Of a stretch of DNA of 64,000 nucleotides, positions 1-12,294 are shown one piece after another. The notes under the pieces were generated by a model. That model did no database searches. It saw nothing but the letters and a program-made list of their open reading frames with translations, and was not told where the DNA came from. The stretch comes from Octopus vulgaris (taxonomy: Eukaryota), in NCBI GenBank assembly GCA_951406725.2, contig OX597821.1, positions 33,790,001 to 33,854,000 on the forward strand. Direction: 5' to 3'. Within the stretch, counting starts at the first letter, position 1; each line of letters opens with the position of its first letter. Position numbers and translations under genes: made by a program.

Positions 1-477
1 TTATTGACCCCGAAAGGATGAAAGGTAAAGTTGACCTCAGATTAATTTGAACTTGGAACATAAAGACAGATGAAATGCTGCAAATACTGATAATAATAAC
101 GAAGATGATGATAATGTTGATAATAATTATAATAATAATCCTTTGTACTATTGGGACAAGGCCTGAAATTTGCGAGGGTGGGGTAAGTCGATCACATTGA
201 TTTCAGTGCTCATCTGGGACTTATTGACCCTGAAAGAATGAAAGGCAAAGCTGACCTCAGTGTAATTTGAACCCAGAACGTAAAGACAGATGGAATGCCG
301 CTAAGTACTTCGCTCAGCAGATGAGGAATGGAGTCAGTGTGTTCCATTGGATGTGCAACATCAGTGCATCAGTGTGCATGTACAACAAAGCACAAATGTA
401 TTCTAAGAAAAGTTGGACATAAGAAGAAACGAATGCAGCATGCAAGAGAGAAGACTATGTTGGTTTAGACATATGAT

Positions 478-890
478 CATCATCATCGTTTAACGTCCGC
501 TTTCCATGCTAGCATGGGTTGGACGATTTTGACTGAAGGCTGGCAAACCAGATGGCTGCACCAGGCTCCAGTCCTGATCTGGCAGAGTTTCTACAGCTGG
601 ATGCCCTTCCTAACGCCAACCACTCCGAGAGTGTAGTGGGTGTTTTTTACGTGCCACCGGCACGGGGGCCAGTCAGGCGGCACTGGCAACGACCTCACTC
701 GAATCTTTTTACACGTGCCACCAGCACAGATGCCAGTGAAGTAACGTTGGTAACGATCACATTCAAATGGAGCCCTTTTACGTGCCACAGGTACGGAAGC
801 CAGTTGGCTGCTCTGGCAACGATCACGCTCGGATGGTGCTCTTGGCACCCTACTAGCACAGGCATAAGTGCCAGTAAGGCAATGATGATT
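478..890 (-). mobile_element. 5'-truncated RTE LINE 3' end with (GAT)n tail
   Basis: Starts CATCATCATCGTTTAACGTCCGCTTTCCATGCTAGC and contains GGATGCCCTTCCTAACGCCAACCACTCC and repeated TTTACGTGCCACC motifs. These match the 3' UTR of the full RTE at 35530-40145. Confidence 0.8.
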
Positions 891-1495
891 CATGATACAT
901 ATGAATAAAAAACAGCTGTATAAAGAAGTGTTAGTCACTGAAAGTGGATGGTACCTGTGGAAGAGGGAGACCCAGGAAGACATGGAATGAAGTGGTGAGA
1001 ACCGATGTAGGGATGCTGGGGCTTATAAAGGAAATGACAATGAACCAAGGTGTCTGGTGATAGGTTCTAGAAGCACTGGGTGTTCCATCTGCATGTAACA
1101 ATAAAACTTTTCCTACATCCTACCCCAACAAACCAAACTGCATCTCTTCTCTTCCTCAGATTTCTTCTTTTATGTGTTATGATTCTCTCACACCCCAATC
1201 CTGTCCTCACTGCACTGTTCACTGTACCATTGCTATCCTGTAGTCCTCCACCCCCTCTTTTTACCCAGGTTCTCACCAGTCACTATTCCCCACCCCCTAC
1301 TCACTACTCATACTTCTTTGGCAATACCCTGTCACTTATGACCTTATGTTGAGAGTATGCCCTGGCACTTGCCACCACTGATCTCTCTATCCCCATTCCA
1401 TGTGAGTATTCTTGGTACTTTGCCACCATCTCTTTCCATCTATCTTTTGCTCTTCCTTCTGGCTGAGTAACCCTAACCTCTTCTACAACAAGACA

Positions 1496-2820
1496 ACTGT
1501 TGACAGTTGTGAAGATGCTGAGACATCAGATGTCTCATCAACAAGAAGAGAAACAAACTTAGCTTGCTTGATTTCATTTTGCATCTCATTCAACATAACT
1601 TTATAAATTGCTTTGATCAAGTCATTTTGAATTCTGTTTGACAGACCCGGTGAAGATAGAAGCTGTATCTAGATGACTTTCCATTCTTTTGTCGTATTTA
1701 CTGATCAAATATACGAGTTCTTTATAATTTCCACGATAATTAGAGCCTTCAGATTCAAAATGTTCCTGAAACGATAATTCCTGGAGGCCTAAAAAAATAA
1801 CAACATCGATCAATCGTTGCAGAATGGATCTGTTTCGTCTAACTTTCTCATTATGATGTTGTATGCTTTGATTTTTTACATGCATCTAATTGTAAGTCTA
1901 TGCGAACATTCCTGAATATTTTAAGATCTATCAAACGTTTTATATGCCTTTGAGAAGGCTCGTGCTTTAGCATAGCCATATGTAAATTATTTAAATCATC
2001 ATAGCCTTTATCATTCCAAACTTTGTTTTCTAAGCCAAAAAGTAAACAAGGCCAACAGAATAATTTAATAAGGATAGCACTCCCAGTTAACCATTTTTTT
2101 CTTTTCATACAAATTAACCTGAAACTGTCTCGTGAATTTCTTGTTGTAGCTTCACAAATTAGGCAAATTTGGTGTTGCTCTCCCACCATTTATAATTATT
2201 TTCCATCGAAGTCTCTTTTCGAAAAACTATTTCTCAAAATATCGTTTATAACACACATTTCACTCATTTCGAAAAAGGCTACTCTTATATAAGAACCCAC
2301 GTAGAAGCGCCTGCGTAAATTGTTAGTCAATTTCAACAAAACGGAAAAATAACCTTAGTTAAATTAACTTAAGATTAATTAGCTATTTCTGAAATAAGAA
2401 ATATAATATAGATTATATTTTTGTTTTCAAAACACTCCAAAAATATAATAGTGCAAACAGATTTGGATTAAAAATATTCAAACTTACCGCCACTCTATTC
2501 CAATATTTCAGCTGGCAAACTCAAGAATTATGGGACTGCTCTTGTTCCAGTCAGAAATTTTATAGGTAAAAAGTGGAACCAGGTTTGCAACAATTCTACA
2601 CTAACAAAGAGAGAGAAAGGGGGTGTCATGCGGTTTTCTCAAAGCATGACATGCCGAATCACAGAGAGAGAGAGAAGAAGGGGGTGGGTAGAAACTAATA
2701 CAGACAGAGAGGGAGTGTCTATCATTCGGGTCTTCTCAAAGCAGAAGTACAAGTCACTGAGAGATGGGAAGGGGAGACAAAATATTTTGAAAACAACTGG
2801 ACGGATTTTCTTTGAAACAA
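1496..2820 (-). mobile_element. Decayed hAT transposon fragment (5' part; ZMYM1/DUF4371-like transposase)
   Basis: Minus-strand ORFs with KKWLTGS..LFCWPCLLF and GNYKELVYLISKYD are nearly identical to the copy at 50123-53249; frameshifted. The 5' boundary is approximate. Confidence 0.85.
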
Positions 2821-2831
2821 AGTAACTATTT

Positions 2832-3219
2832 GGATCTTTTCGGTTTGAACGGCAGTTTTTAACATAATTTCTAGGTAACTAAAAAATTTTAAACTTCATA
2901 CACTGGTAGAATGTGTTTATAAAACATCTTTTTCTCTTGGCTTTATTGAGAAAATTCTATAGTTTGTAAGATATTTGTTGTTTTTTTCTTCGATTTCTGC
3001 AATTTCAACCAATCACTGACATCCATTGAGGTAAAAAAACATGCTGTGCCGTATGAATATGTCCCTCGTTTAAGAAACAGATTGGGTTTATTTACATTTG
3101 TGAAGAAAAAAAAGATACCCTTTCCCCACCCCTAACCCTAAAGCAGATCGATAGTAATTATGGATTACAATTTCATATGACACCGCTAGAAAAAACTGCC
3201 GTTCAAACCGAAAAGATCC
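2832..3219. mobile_element. MITE with GG-terminated TIRs and 8-bp TSD (Merlin-like)
   Basis: TIR GGATCTTTTCGGTTTGAACGGCAGTTTTT ... AAAAACTGCCGTTCAAACCGAAAAGATCC; perfect TSD AACTATTT at 2824-2831 and 3220-3227. Confidence 0.9.
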
Positions 3220-3242
3220 AACTATTTTCGATAATTCCTTTA

Positions 3243-3590
3243 TTTGTTTCAGTCATTTGACTGTGAGCAAATCGACGCTAGAGCTTTGTCATACTAGTAC
3301 TTATTCAAATCGGTCTCTTTTGCCGAACCTCTTAGTTACGGGGACGTAAACACACCAGTATCAGTTGTCAAGCGATGTTGGTGGGGCAAACACAGACACA
3401 CAAACATATACATATATGTACATATACGACGGGCTTCTTTCAGTTTCCATCTACCAAATCCACTCACAAGGCTTTGGTCGGCCCAAGGCTATAGTAGAAG
3501 ACACTAGCCCAAGATGCCACGCAGTGGGATTGAACCCGGGACCATGTGGTTGGTAAGCAAGCAACTTACCACACAGCCACTCCTGCGCCT
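3243..3590 (-). mobile_element. tRNA-derived SINE family A (internal TA/TG microsatellite)
   Basis: Reverse complement of GGCGCAGGAGTGGCTGTGTGGTAAG...GGTTCAATCCC head, with body and CAGTCAAATGACTGAAAC tail; many copies in the window. Confidence 0.85.
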
Positions 3591-3900
3591 ATATGATATG
3601 GATAAAAGGTCACATATCGAAAAATTAGATAAAATAGTTACTTGTGCAGCATTAAGTACTGTCCTTGTAACAAGACAAGCATCAACTATTCATCTAGGTC
3701 TTTGACACAGCTATTTGTTTACTCTGAAAAACAAAAAAAAACAAAAAGAACTACCTAGATCATTATATACAAAGCAATATGAAAAAACAATGAGCAATTA
3801 AATTCTGCTAATCACTCAGAAATATTTCAATCATATTACTCTACCACTGGTATTTGAGTACTCTTTTTTCCACCTTGTTTCACATTTATGTGTTTACTCC

Positions 3901-3949
<49 letters not shown>

Positions 3950-4031
3950 GTGAAAAGGAACACACGAGTTGATATATATGAAAAAACAAGTCAAGATAGA
4001 AAATGCTAAAATAATTTTGTAAAGAACATTT

Positions 4032-4069
4032 CAGTACCGGTTTCTGTCGTTTTGAGACCTTTTCAACTG
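4032..4069 (-). ncRNA. Hammerhead ribozyme-like motif (type I minimal, U3-A8 variant)
   Basis: Minus strand reads CAG-TTGAAAA-GGTC..GACA-GAAA-CCGG-TA-CTG. Confidence 0.6.
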
Positions 4070-4240
4070 TAACGATTAAATAATTAAATTTAGAAAAATT
4101 AAAAGAAAAGTTTTTTTAAAGGAATATTTGTATAGTGTTCAAATATAAGTGGCATTTTCTTTGTTTCTGCCTTTCTCTGTCTCTCTTGTTTGCACTGTGC
4201 AAATTTAATTATTTTTCTAAATTTAATTATTTAATCGTTA

Positions 4241-4278
4241 CAGTTGAAAAGGTCTCAAAATGACCGAAACCAGTACAG
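4241..4278 (+). ncRNA. Hammerhead ribozyme-like motif (type I minimal, U3-A8 variant)
   Basis: CAG-TTGAAAA-GGTC..GACC-GAAA-CCAG-TA-CAG. Confidence 0.55.
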
Positions 4279-4325
4279 AAATGTTCTTTATAAAATTATT
4301 TTAGCATTTCTATCTTGACTTGTTT

Positions 4326-4388
<63 letters not shown>

Positions 4389-6152
4389 AACACGTAGATT
4401 TGTTGAGTAGAAAGTAAGGTTTACTTTATTGATATAAAGTATTACATCAGATTTACAAAATACAAGTAGCCGTTAGTCTACTTATTTGCAAAACAGGATG
4501 AAGATTCCATTTTGAGGATGGGACGTTTTGCTTGCTGGCCGTTGCTATTGACATTCTGCCCTTCCCTGAAAAATGAAATAGGGCATTCTTGCCTGAAAAG
4601 GCATTCGATTGAAATATTTCTGAGTGATTAGCAGAATTTAATTGCTCATTGTTTTTTCATATTACTTTGTATATAATGATCTAGGTAGTTCTTTTTGTTT
4701 TTTGTTTTTCAGAGTAAACAAATAGCTGTGTCAAAGACCTAGATGAATAGTTGATGCTTGTCTTGTTGCAAGGACAGTACTTAATGCTGCGCAAGTGTTC
4801 TCTCCTGTCGTCTCTTTCACACACAAAAACAACAATAGCCATCAATATTAATAGATACAAAAGGACGGCACTACTTACAAGAACACTACAACCAATACTA
4901 TTATTACCAAAGATGACAACTAATAGCCTAACGAATACAAACTAGTACCACTACTAGTGAAACCAAAATCAGCATTAACACCACCACCATCATTAAAGTC
5001 GGTTCCTTGTAAGTTGACAGGGAATTCGATTGATTTCTATGTAAACCGCAAAATATTATCAGATGGATGTGTACTAGAATATTACTGGTATTCGTTTCCT
5101 ACGACTGATTTTTGAATTGCGATCACTGAATTCAAGTATCGAAGTAAGCCTATACAATAAAGCCACCCACTATCAGTTCCTGTGACACAGTCAGCTTCCA
5201 TCAACACGCGAACAGCAGTTAAAACGAAACTATAACGACAATTGCAGTAAATATCAAAGACAACGACAATTGCAGTAAATATCAAAGACAACAACAACAA
5301 CACACATACATTAAAAATTACAACAACAACAACACACATACAGTAAAAATTACAACAACAACAACAACAACAACAGAGCAACTACAAAAGCAACAAGCAT
5401 TGAACAACAGCTACCACGACTACAACAAAGGCAATTAATAAACAATTAACGAATAACGTCCGATAAAGAAGGAAAAGAAAAAAAACAATAGTACCGCCAC
5501 CAGCAACAGAAAGACAATATCTTGTAAGGAAATATTTTTAAATTTGTCAATTTTTGTATTGCTCTTTTAAACTTTTACAGTGTTATAAAAACGAATGGAA
5601 GGCAAGCTCAACGAATGCCGACTTGTTGAGTAACAAGTTTGTTTTCATACGTTGATGTTTAGCCCTGGGTCAACCCTGATAAAGGAAATCTACGGTCAAA
5701 TACATTTTCGTCTTGGTTATCTTCTTCGGTATTTCTCACAAAAGTCAAACTGAAAATAGTTTTGTTTTATCTATTTGTTCAGCAATTTCCGTGAAAAAAA
5801 AAAAAAATTTCTTTATTTCTTTTAATTTTGTTTTTCAGCTGAACAGTCTAGTATACAATCGCACACATAAACGTTTACTCATAGTCGAGTTGAACAGTCA
5901 AATACACGCCCACATATACCCTTTCACTTTTTTCATATGTATATACATACACATGCATTGTTTTCTGTTTTCATGAATCGCTTACGTTTATTTTGTTCTA
6001 TGTGTAAGTATACATGTATGTATGTGTATGTAAGTATATTTATTTATGTGTTTATGTGCTTGTATATATATACATGCGGGAGTTAGCACATAAATGTGAA
6101 ACAAGGTGGAAAAAAGAGTACTCAAATACCAGAGGTTGAGTAATATGCTTTA

Positions 6153-6234
6153 TTTAAAAGCAGCGGAACTGTCCGATGAACGGAAACGTGAAACTCCGAG
6201 TAACAATTTTTGTTAAATTTATGCTGCTTTTAAA
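6153..6234 (+). ncRNA. Hammerhead ribozyme-like motif (U4C) in a Penelope-type insert
   Basis: AACTGT-CCGATGA-ACG gaaa CGT-GAAA-CTC c GAG-TA-ACAATT, closed by the outer inverted repeat TTTAAAAGCAGC/GCTGCTTTTAAA. Confidence 0.65.
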
Positions 6235-6296
6235 TTTATATATATATATATATATATACGGCATAGTTTCGCCATATATACATACATACATATATA

Positions 6297-6437
6297 TAAG
6301 GTTGTCCCAAAAGTTCGTAGAAAGTCTTGGAAAATAATGGTCTTTATTTTGAGGAATAATTTTTGTTGTTTTTGTTAGTACTTGGCGAGTAAAAATTCAA
6401 TTTTCGCAAGTGTTTACGAACTTTTGGGACAACCTAA
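6297..6437. mobile_element. Mariner-type MITE
   Basis: TIR AGGTTGTCCCAAAAGTTCGTA / TACGAACTTTTGGGACAACCT, inserted in a TA repeat. Confidence 0.8.
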
Positions 6438-6476
6438 TATATACATACATATATATATACATACATATATATACAT

Positions 6477-6531
<55 letters not shown>

Positions 6532-7668
6532 CATACATACATTTGTCTAGGTTTTTGTGTGAGCTGAAAAAAATAAGGAAAGAAAAAAAAAATTTTTACG
6601 GAAATTGTTGAACAAGTTGATAAAACAACGATTTTCATTTTAACTTCCGTGAGATTATTTCTAAAGGAATGCTTGTCCTTTTTATCTAGACATATTTGGT
6701 GTATCTAAGACTATATTATTCAATGTCCTTCTCTATTCCATTCACATCTAGGTTATTTTTACAGAAAAATATAATATTGAATGGCTGAGCAGTGGATTTT
6801 ACATGTTTGCGTGTGTCTTTAGTATACAACAATCCATTGACTCAGTTTTAACTTCCTAGTACACAGGCTTTTGTGAGAGCTGTCGTTTTATCGTAATTTA
6901 AGAGTTTTACAATTGCCTTTTTTGAAGGCCACAGATTACTGTTAGATACACCGTAAACACGAGTTTCAAGAATGAATGCTTTTTGACGCCAGTGTTTGTT
7001 GTCACTTAAAATACTAGATTTGGTTTTATACGCCACATCATGTACCCACTATTTTTTATAATCTATTATTGCACCCTAATTAGCAGTTGCAAAGAAAGCT
7101 ACTTTGGATAACGAGAATAAACTTGTGGTTTGTTGCGAGTGGGACTTCATCAATCCGCAGTTGATGGAGGAAGGCCTGAAACTCTCTAGATAAGTGCGTA
7201 CGATTTGTGGGGAATTTGCTCATTATTGTAGTTTGAGTGATCACGCTGCTTCTTCGTTAGCTCAAATCATTTTCAGTTTATATGGAAGATAATTTGAGCT
7301 ACTTTCAAATTCCGATGTTTTTTCAATAAGCGAATCAGTTTGGACTGCAATCCTCTTGGAGTGAAATTGTTTTTACAATTACATACAGAGTCTATATCAA
7401 ATTATTGTATCATTCGAAATATGTGGACTGTATCTATGTTGTCCAAGATTAACCATGCAAAGCTCAGACTGGACTTGGAATTATCAGTGCAAACGAAGCG
7501 GGGAAGGTCATACATTTCATCACCAAAGTTGCAAAGAAAGCTACTTTGGATAACGAGAATAAACTTGTGGTTTGTTGCGACTGGGCTGCAAAATGGGACT
7601 TGATCAATCTCCGGTTGGCTCAACTGGTCGAGGAGGGCTAATGTTTAAAGGCCTGAAACCCTCTAGAG

Positions 7669-8197
7669 CAGTGGTTCTCAAACGTTTCAAAAGATTTTAC
7701 AGTTTTTTTTTTTTTTTGATGATTTGTGGTCCCCTATAAAATGCAGGATAATCAACATGGAAAAAAATGATACACTCGTGTACCGTAATTTCCGGACTAT
7801 GAACCGCACTGCCCATAGACCTACAACCCTAAAAACCACAACTTAATCCAGGCAGTACCCCATTAGGATACAATAAATGGATATGAAAATATGAGGAATC
7901 GGTTGATCAATTAGTTAAAAAACAAATGAGAAACGAAAAATACCGACAGCACATGCACGATCAACCGTTATACTCGCATATTTTCTATCAGCCAAACAAG
8001 TGTGATTAGCAAATGTGTAGGTGTGGCGTGGGTTTTTGAGGCCAACGACAAAAAAAAAAGGTAAAAGGATGATAGCATGCGAAAAATTGAAAGTCTTGAA
8101 AGTTTTAAACCTGTTTCAAGCCATCCCGTTTTCACGATACTTCATCGTCCCTTCACGGTCCCCTAGGGGTCCGCGAACTCCAGTTTGAGAACCACTA
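7669..8197. mobile_element. hAT-type MITE
   Basis: TIR CAGTGGTTCTCAAAC / GTTTGAGAACCACTA; degenerate 8-bp flanks. Confidence 0.7.
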
Positions 8198-9029
8198 CCC
8201 TTGAAGAACATCGATGCAACATCCGTATTCTGTATCTATGTTTGAAATTAATATTGAATCAAGTTTATTTTGAGCTGATTGGTTGATTTCAATGCGACAA
8301 TTCATTTCGTTCTACATAAGACTATATCCGGTTTGCGTGTGTATTCCAGCGCTTTTTAACTTGTGTTGCGAAATTATACAAGTGTGTCGCGAAATAATCT
8401 GCGGTTATTATATTTTTCTCTGATAGTTCACGTTTGATAATTATAAATTAAACATTAATAAATTTTGTGAACTTTACTTTGTGAGTTTCAACTCTCGCCG
8501 AATGGAATTATAACAGGCACCACTGTTAACAATTTTCGCGATCACACATCCTTAATGCTGTAATGGCAAGTGTTACTGCATCCATAGCTAAACGGAGCAA
8601 AATAATGTAATTTTTTGAGACGTTCTCTGGAGTTAACTACAAAGAAGTTTTTGGCTTTGTTAGCTTCTAGCCTCACCGAAGCATTAGATTATGTTCGGGT
8701 AAGTGCCCTGTTGTTCAAACACTTCAGTCTCGCAATCATTCACGGTTAATGGCGTGAATGTTTTTGATTGTCTCAGAATTCCTTTAGAGAGAGGAATTCC
8801 AATGTCCTCTGGTGCGATGTATAATTGAGGGAATGAGCATGCCGTTTTATTGTATTTATTTTTCTAATTTTCACTCATTTTTCTTCACTCCCTTTGCCAT
8901 TAACTGTTCATTTTTATAAATTATTTTTCTTTGTCAACGAATTGTTTGTTCTTCAGAACTTTTGGGGGTTTAGGTCTGTGCCAATGCTAGTCTCTCTCTC
9001 TCTCTCCCTTCCCTGTTTTTTCCTCCATC

Positions 9030-9985
9030 TACGCTTGCTCCCCTTTGGTAGGCAACATCATCTCCTCTCCAACTTGGATTAATTCCAACAGAGAGATGGA
9101 TGAAGCTCTGTTACAGTGGAGAGAGCTGGGTGTGTCAGTTCCTGTTACAGTTGAGAATAGACGGAAGCATAGAGTATGAGACGATCTGCGTCCAGGGGCC
9201 ACTTTCAATTCTCTCCTTGATCAATCTGATCAATTTTCAAGGTGTCGCGTGCTTTCTGCTAGTGCTAAAGTCTCAGGGGACTGGGCTGATGCCCTGCCTA
9301 TGGCCAACATTAGAGATGAGCTCCGCATCTCCATCGCACTCAGAGTGGAAGCTGACGTCTGTAGGGGACTGAGATGTCGCTGAGGTAGGCCCCTCGATCC
9401 CACAGGTCTTCACGGTCTGTCTCACCGTCTAAATGCTGGTCGTTTCGTTCTTCACACCGAGCTTAGTCATTAAGCGAGCCCTGGCTCGAATTAATATCCT
9501 CACAGTTCTGGAGCCATCGGGATTATCCAGAAATGACGGCAAGAGACCAGATGGTCTTACTCTCTGTTCCTGAGCAAGAGGTAGGTGCCTAATATGGGGC
9601 GTCATGGTCTGTGACTCTTTTACTTCCTCCCACATCCTGAATGCTGCGGTAAATGGAAGGGTCACTGAACGAAACAAAACCCTGAAGTATCGGGACCTGG
9701 CAGGGAACTAACTCTTCTAGCCAGTGGCGTTTGAGACGTTTGGAAGGGCTGGAACTCTAACGGTGAAGTTCGTGTCATCGTTGGTGGCTCGCCCTACCAA
9801 GGTATCAGGTGATACCCGTGAGGTTGCTTGGCTTTTCCAACACCTTAGCCTTGCAATCGCCTGTGGTAATGCCTCGAGCATGCTGGCTTGCTTCAGTAGG
9901 TCCCGTTGAACCTTGTGGTGTGAGACCAATTGAAGCACTTGATGCTGCATTCATGTTTTTCTTTCTTTCTTTTCTCCTTTTTTTT
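9030..9985 (+). mobile_element. CRE-like non-LTR retrotransposon 3' remnant (restriction-like endonuclease domain)
   Basis: Broken translations DPTGLHGLS..AGR..H, NDGKRPDGLTL, PVAFETFG and FQHLSLAIACGNA match the C-terminal PD-(D/E)xK RLE pattern of CRE-type elements. Confidence 0.7.
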
Positions 9986-10001
9986 GTAAAATATATTCCT
10001 T

Positions 10002-10213
10002 GTTTACTCTTGTACTTGTTTGTCATTTGACTGTGGCCATGCTGGAGCACTGCCTTTAGTCGAGTAAATCGATCCTAGGACTTATTCTTTGTAAGCCTAG
10101 TACTTATTCTATCGGTCTCTTTTGCCAACCGCTAAGTTACGGGACGTAAACACACCACTATCGGTTGTCAAGCAATGTTGGGGGGACAAACATAAACATA
10201 CACACACAGATGC

Positions 10214-10268
<55 letters not shown>

Positions 10269-10362
10269 CATATATACGACGGGTTTCTTTCAGTTTCCGT
10301 CTACCAAATCCACTCACAAGGTTTTGGTCGGCCCGAGGCTATAGTAGAAGACACTTGCCCTA
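10002..10362 (-). mobile_element. SINE family A, head truncated
   Basis: Same body and tail as other family A copies. Confidence 0.8.
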
Positions 10363-10690
10363 GGAGCCACACAGAAAAAAATGTAGTTAAATACTCTCAA
10401 ACGAAATAAATATCTATAAGATTATAGGAGAGGAAGTTGTAGGGGCGATATTTAATACATATATACATCGGTGCAGGCGTGGCTGTGTGGCAAGAAGTTT
10501 GCTTCCCAACCACATGGTTTACTCCCACTGCATGGCACCTTAGGCAAGTGTTTTCTAATATGGCATCTGGCCGACCAAAAAAACCTTGAGTGGATTTGGT
10601 GGACGGAAACCGAGAGAAGCCTATCACGCACGTACATATACACACACACACACACATACACATTGTGTTTGGGGAGAGTTGTATTGTCTT

Positions 10691-11475
10691 ATTTCTTTAT
10701 TGCCCACAAGTGGCCAAACATAGAGGGGACAAACAAGGACAGACAAAGGGATTAAGTCGATTACATCAACTCCAGTGCAAAACTGGTACTTAATTTATCG
10801 TTCCCCGAAAGGATGAAAGGCAAAGTCAACCTCGGCGGAATTTGAACTCAGAACGTAGCGGCAGACGAAATACCAATTTCTTTACTACCCACAAGGGGCT
10901 AAACACAGAGAGGACAAACAAGGACAGACAAACGGATTAAGTTGAATATATCGGCTTCCAGTCCGTAACTGGTACTTATTTAATCGACCCCGAGAGGATG
11001 AAAGGCAAAGTCGACCTCAGCGGAATTTGAACTCAGAACATAACGGCAGATGAAATACCTATTTCTTTACTACCCACAAGGGGCTACACACAGAGGGGAC
11101 AAACAAGGACAGACAAATGGATTAAGTCGATTACATCGACCCCAGTGCGTAACTGGTACTTAATTTATCGACCCCGAAAGGATGAAAGGCAAAGTTGACC
11201 TCAGTGGAATTTGAACTCAGAACGTAGCGGCAAACAAAATACCTATTTCTTTACTACCCACAAGGGGCTAAACACAGAGAGGACAAACAAGGCCAGACAT
11301 AAGTATTAAGTCGATTACATTGACCCCAGTGCGTAACTGATACTTATTTAATCGACCCCGAAAGGATGAAAGGCAAAGTCGACCTCAGTGGAATTTGAAC
11401 TCAGAACCTAACAGCAGACGAAATACGGCTACGCATTTTGCCCGGCGTGCTGAAGTTTCTGGCAGCTCGCCACCT
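10691..11475 (-). mobile_element. SINE family B with four tandem ~185-bp internal units
   Basis: Units start ATTTCTTTA at 10691, 10876, 11061 and 11245. The central GAAAGGATGAAAGGCAAAGT(C/T)(G/A)ACCTC motif is in each unit; the 5' head occurs only once (11420-11475). Confidence 0.85.
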
Positions 11476-11778
11476 TCGTATTGTCTTTATTGCCTTATTA
11501 TTTAGCATACTCATCGGTTAGATTTCCACTTATATTTTATCTTCCAATATTTTTGTTGCTTTTGCAACCTTGTCAATGGATAAATGATAAATGAGTGGAA
11601 ATCGAACTGGTGCAACATAATTTGCTTCAACACACGAATTCACTTAAAGAATCTTGCAAAGTAGATATGAAAATGATGTGTGTCTCTTTGTGGTTGTCCT
11701 CCACAACCAGTGTTGATATTTTTACATCCTCATAACTTAGTGGTTCAGCCAAATTGACCAATAAAAAATAAAGTACCC

Positions 11779-11917
11779 GGATCTTTTCAGTTTGAACGGC
11801 AGTTTTTAACATAATTTCTAGGTAACTAAAAAATTTTAAACTCCGTATACTGGTAGAATGTGTTTATAAAACATCTTTTTCTCTTGGCTTTATTGAGAAA
11901 ATTCTATAGTTTGTAAG
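11779..11917. mobile_element. Truncated copy of the GGATC-TIR MITE within a SINE A copy
   Basis: Left TIR and first ~140 bp match 2832-2970. Confidence 0.8.
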
Positions 11918-12294
11918 GCTTTGGTTGACCCGAGGCTATAGTTGAAGACACTTGCCCAAGGTGCTACGCAGTGGGACTGAATCCAGAACCATGTGGTTGG
12001 TAAGCAAGCTACTTACCACACAGCCACTCCTGCACCTTAAAAAAAAACCAAGGTAATTTTCCATCGGTGCACCATTCAGAAAGTCTCGAGGGTCATAGTT
12101 TTCCTCTGGCTGCTTTAAAATCACACTTTTCTGTTAACTTTGCTCTTTGCAGACATTGTAACAGCAAAGAACTTGATAACTATAACAGATATCTTAGAAT
12201 AAAAGTTTTACTTTGAATGAAGGTGCTACTGATTTTGCCATGCTTTTTAATCGATCAGCTTTGTTAGTAATTTTTTTAAACATTTTAGAAATTA

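Larger units (their letters stand above)
3972..4338. repeat. (TA)n-flanked foldback element (~130-bp arms) carrying two hammerhead-like motifs
   Basis: Arms 3972-4103 and 4203-4338 are near-perfect reverse complements. Confidence 0.85.
3643..4797. repeat. Nested inverted repeats: ~190-bp outer arms (3643-3831 / 4608-4797) around an inner foldback
   Basis: GTGCAGCATTAAGTACTGTCCTTG...GAAATATTTCAATC is mirrored by GATTGAAATATTTC...CAAGGACAGTACTTAATGCTGCGC. Confidence 0.85.
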
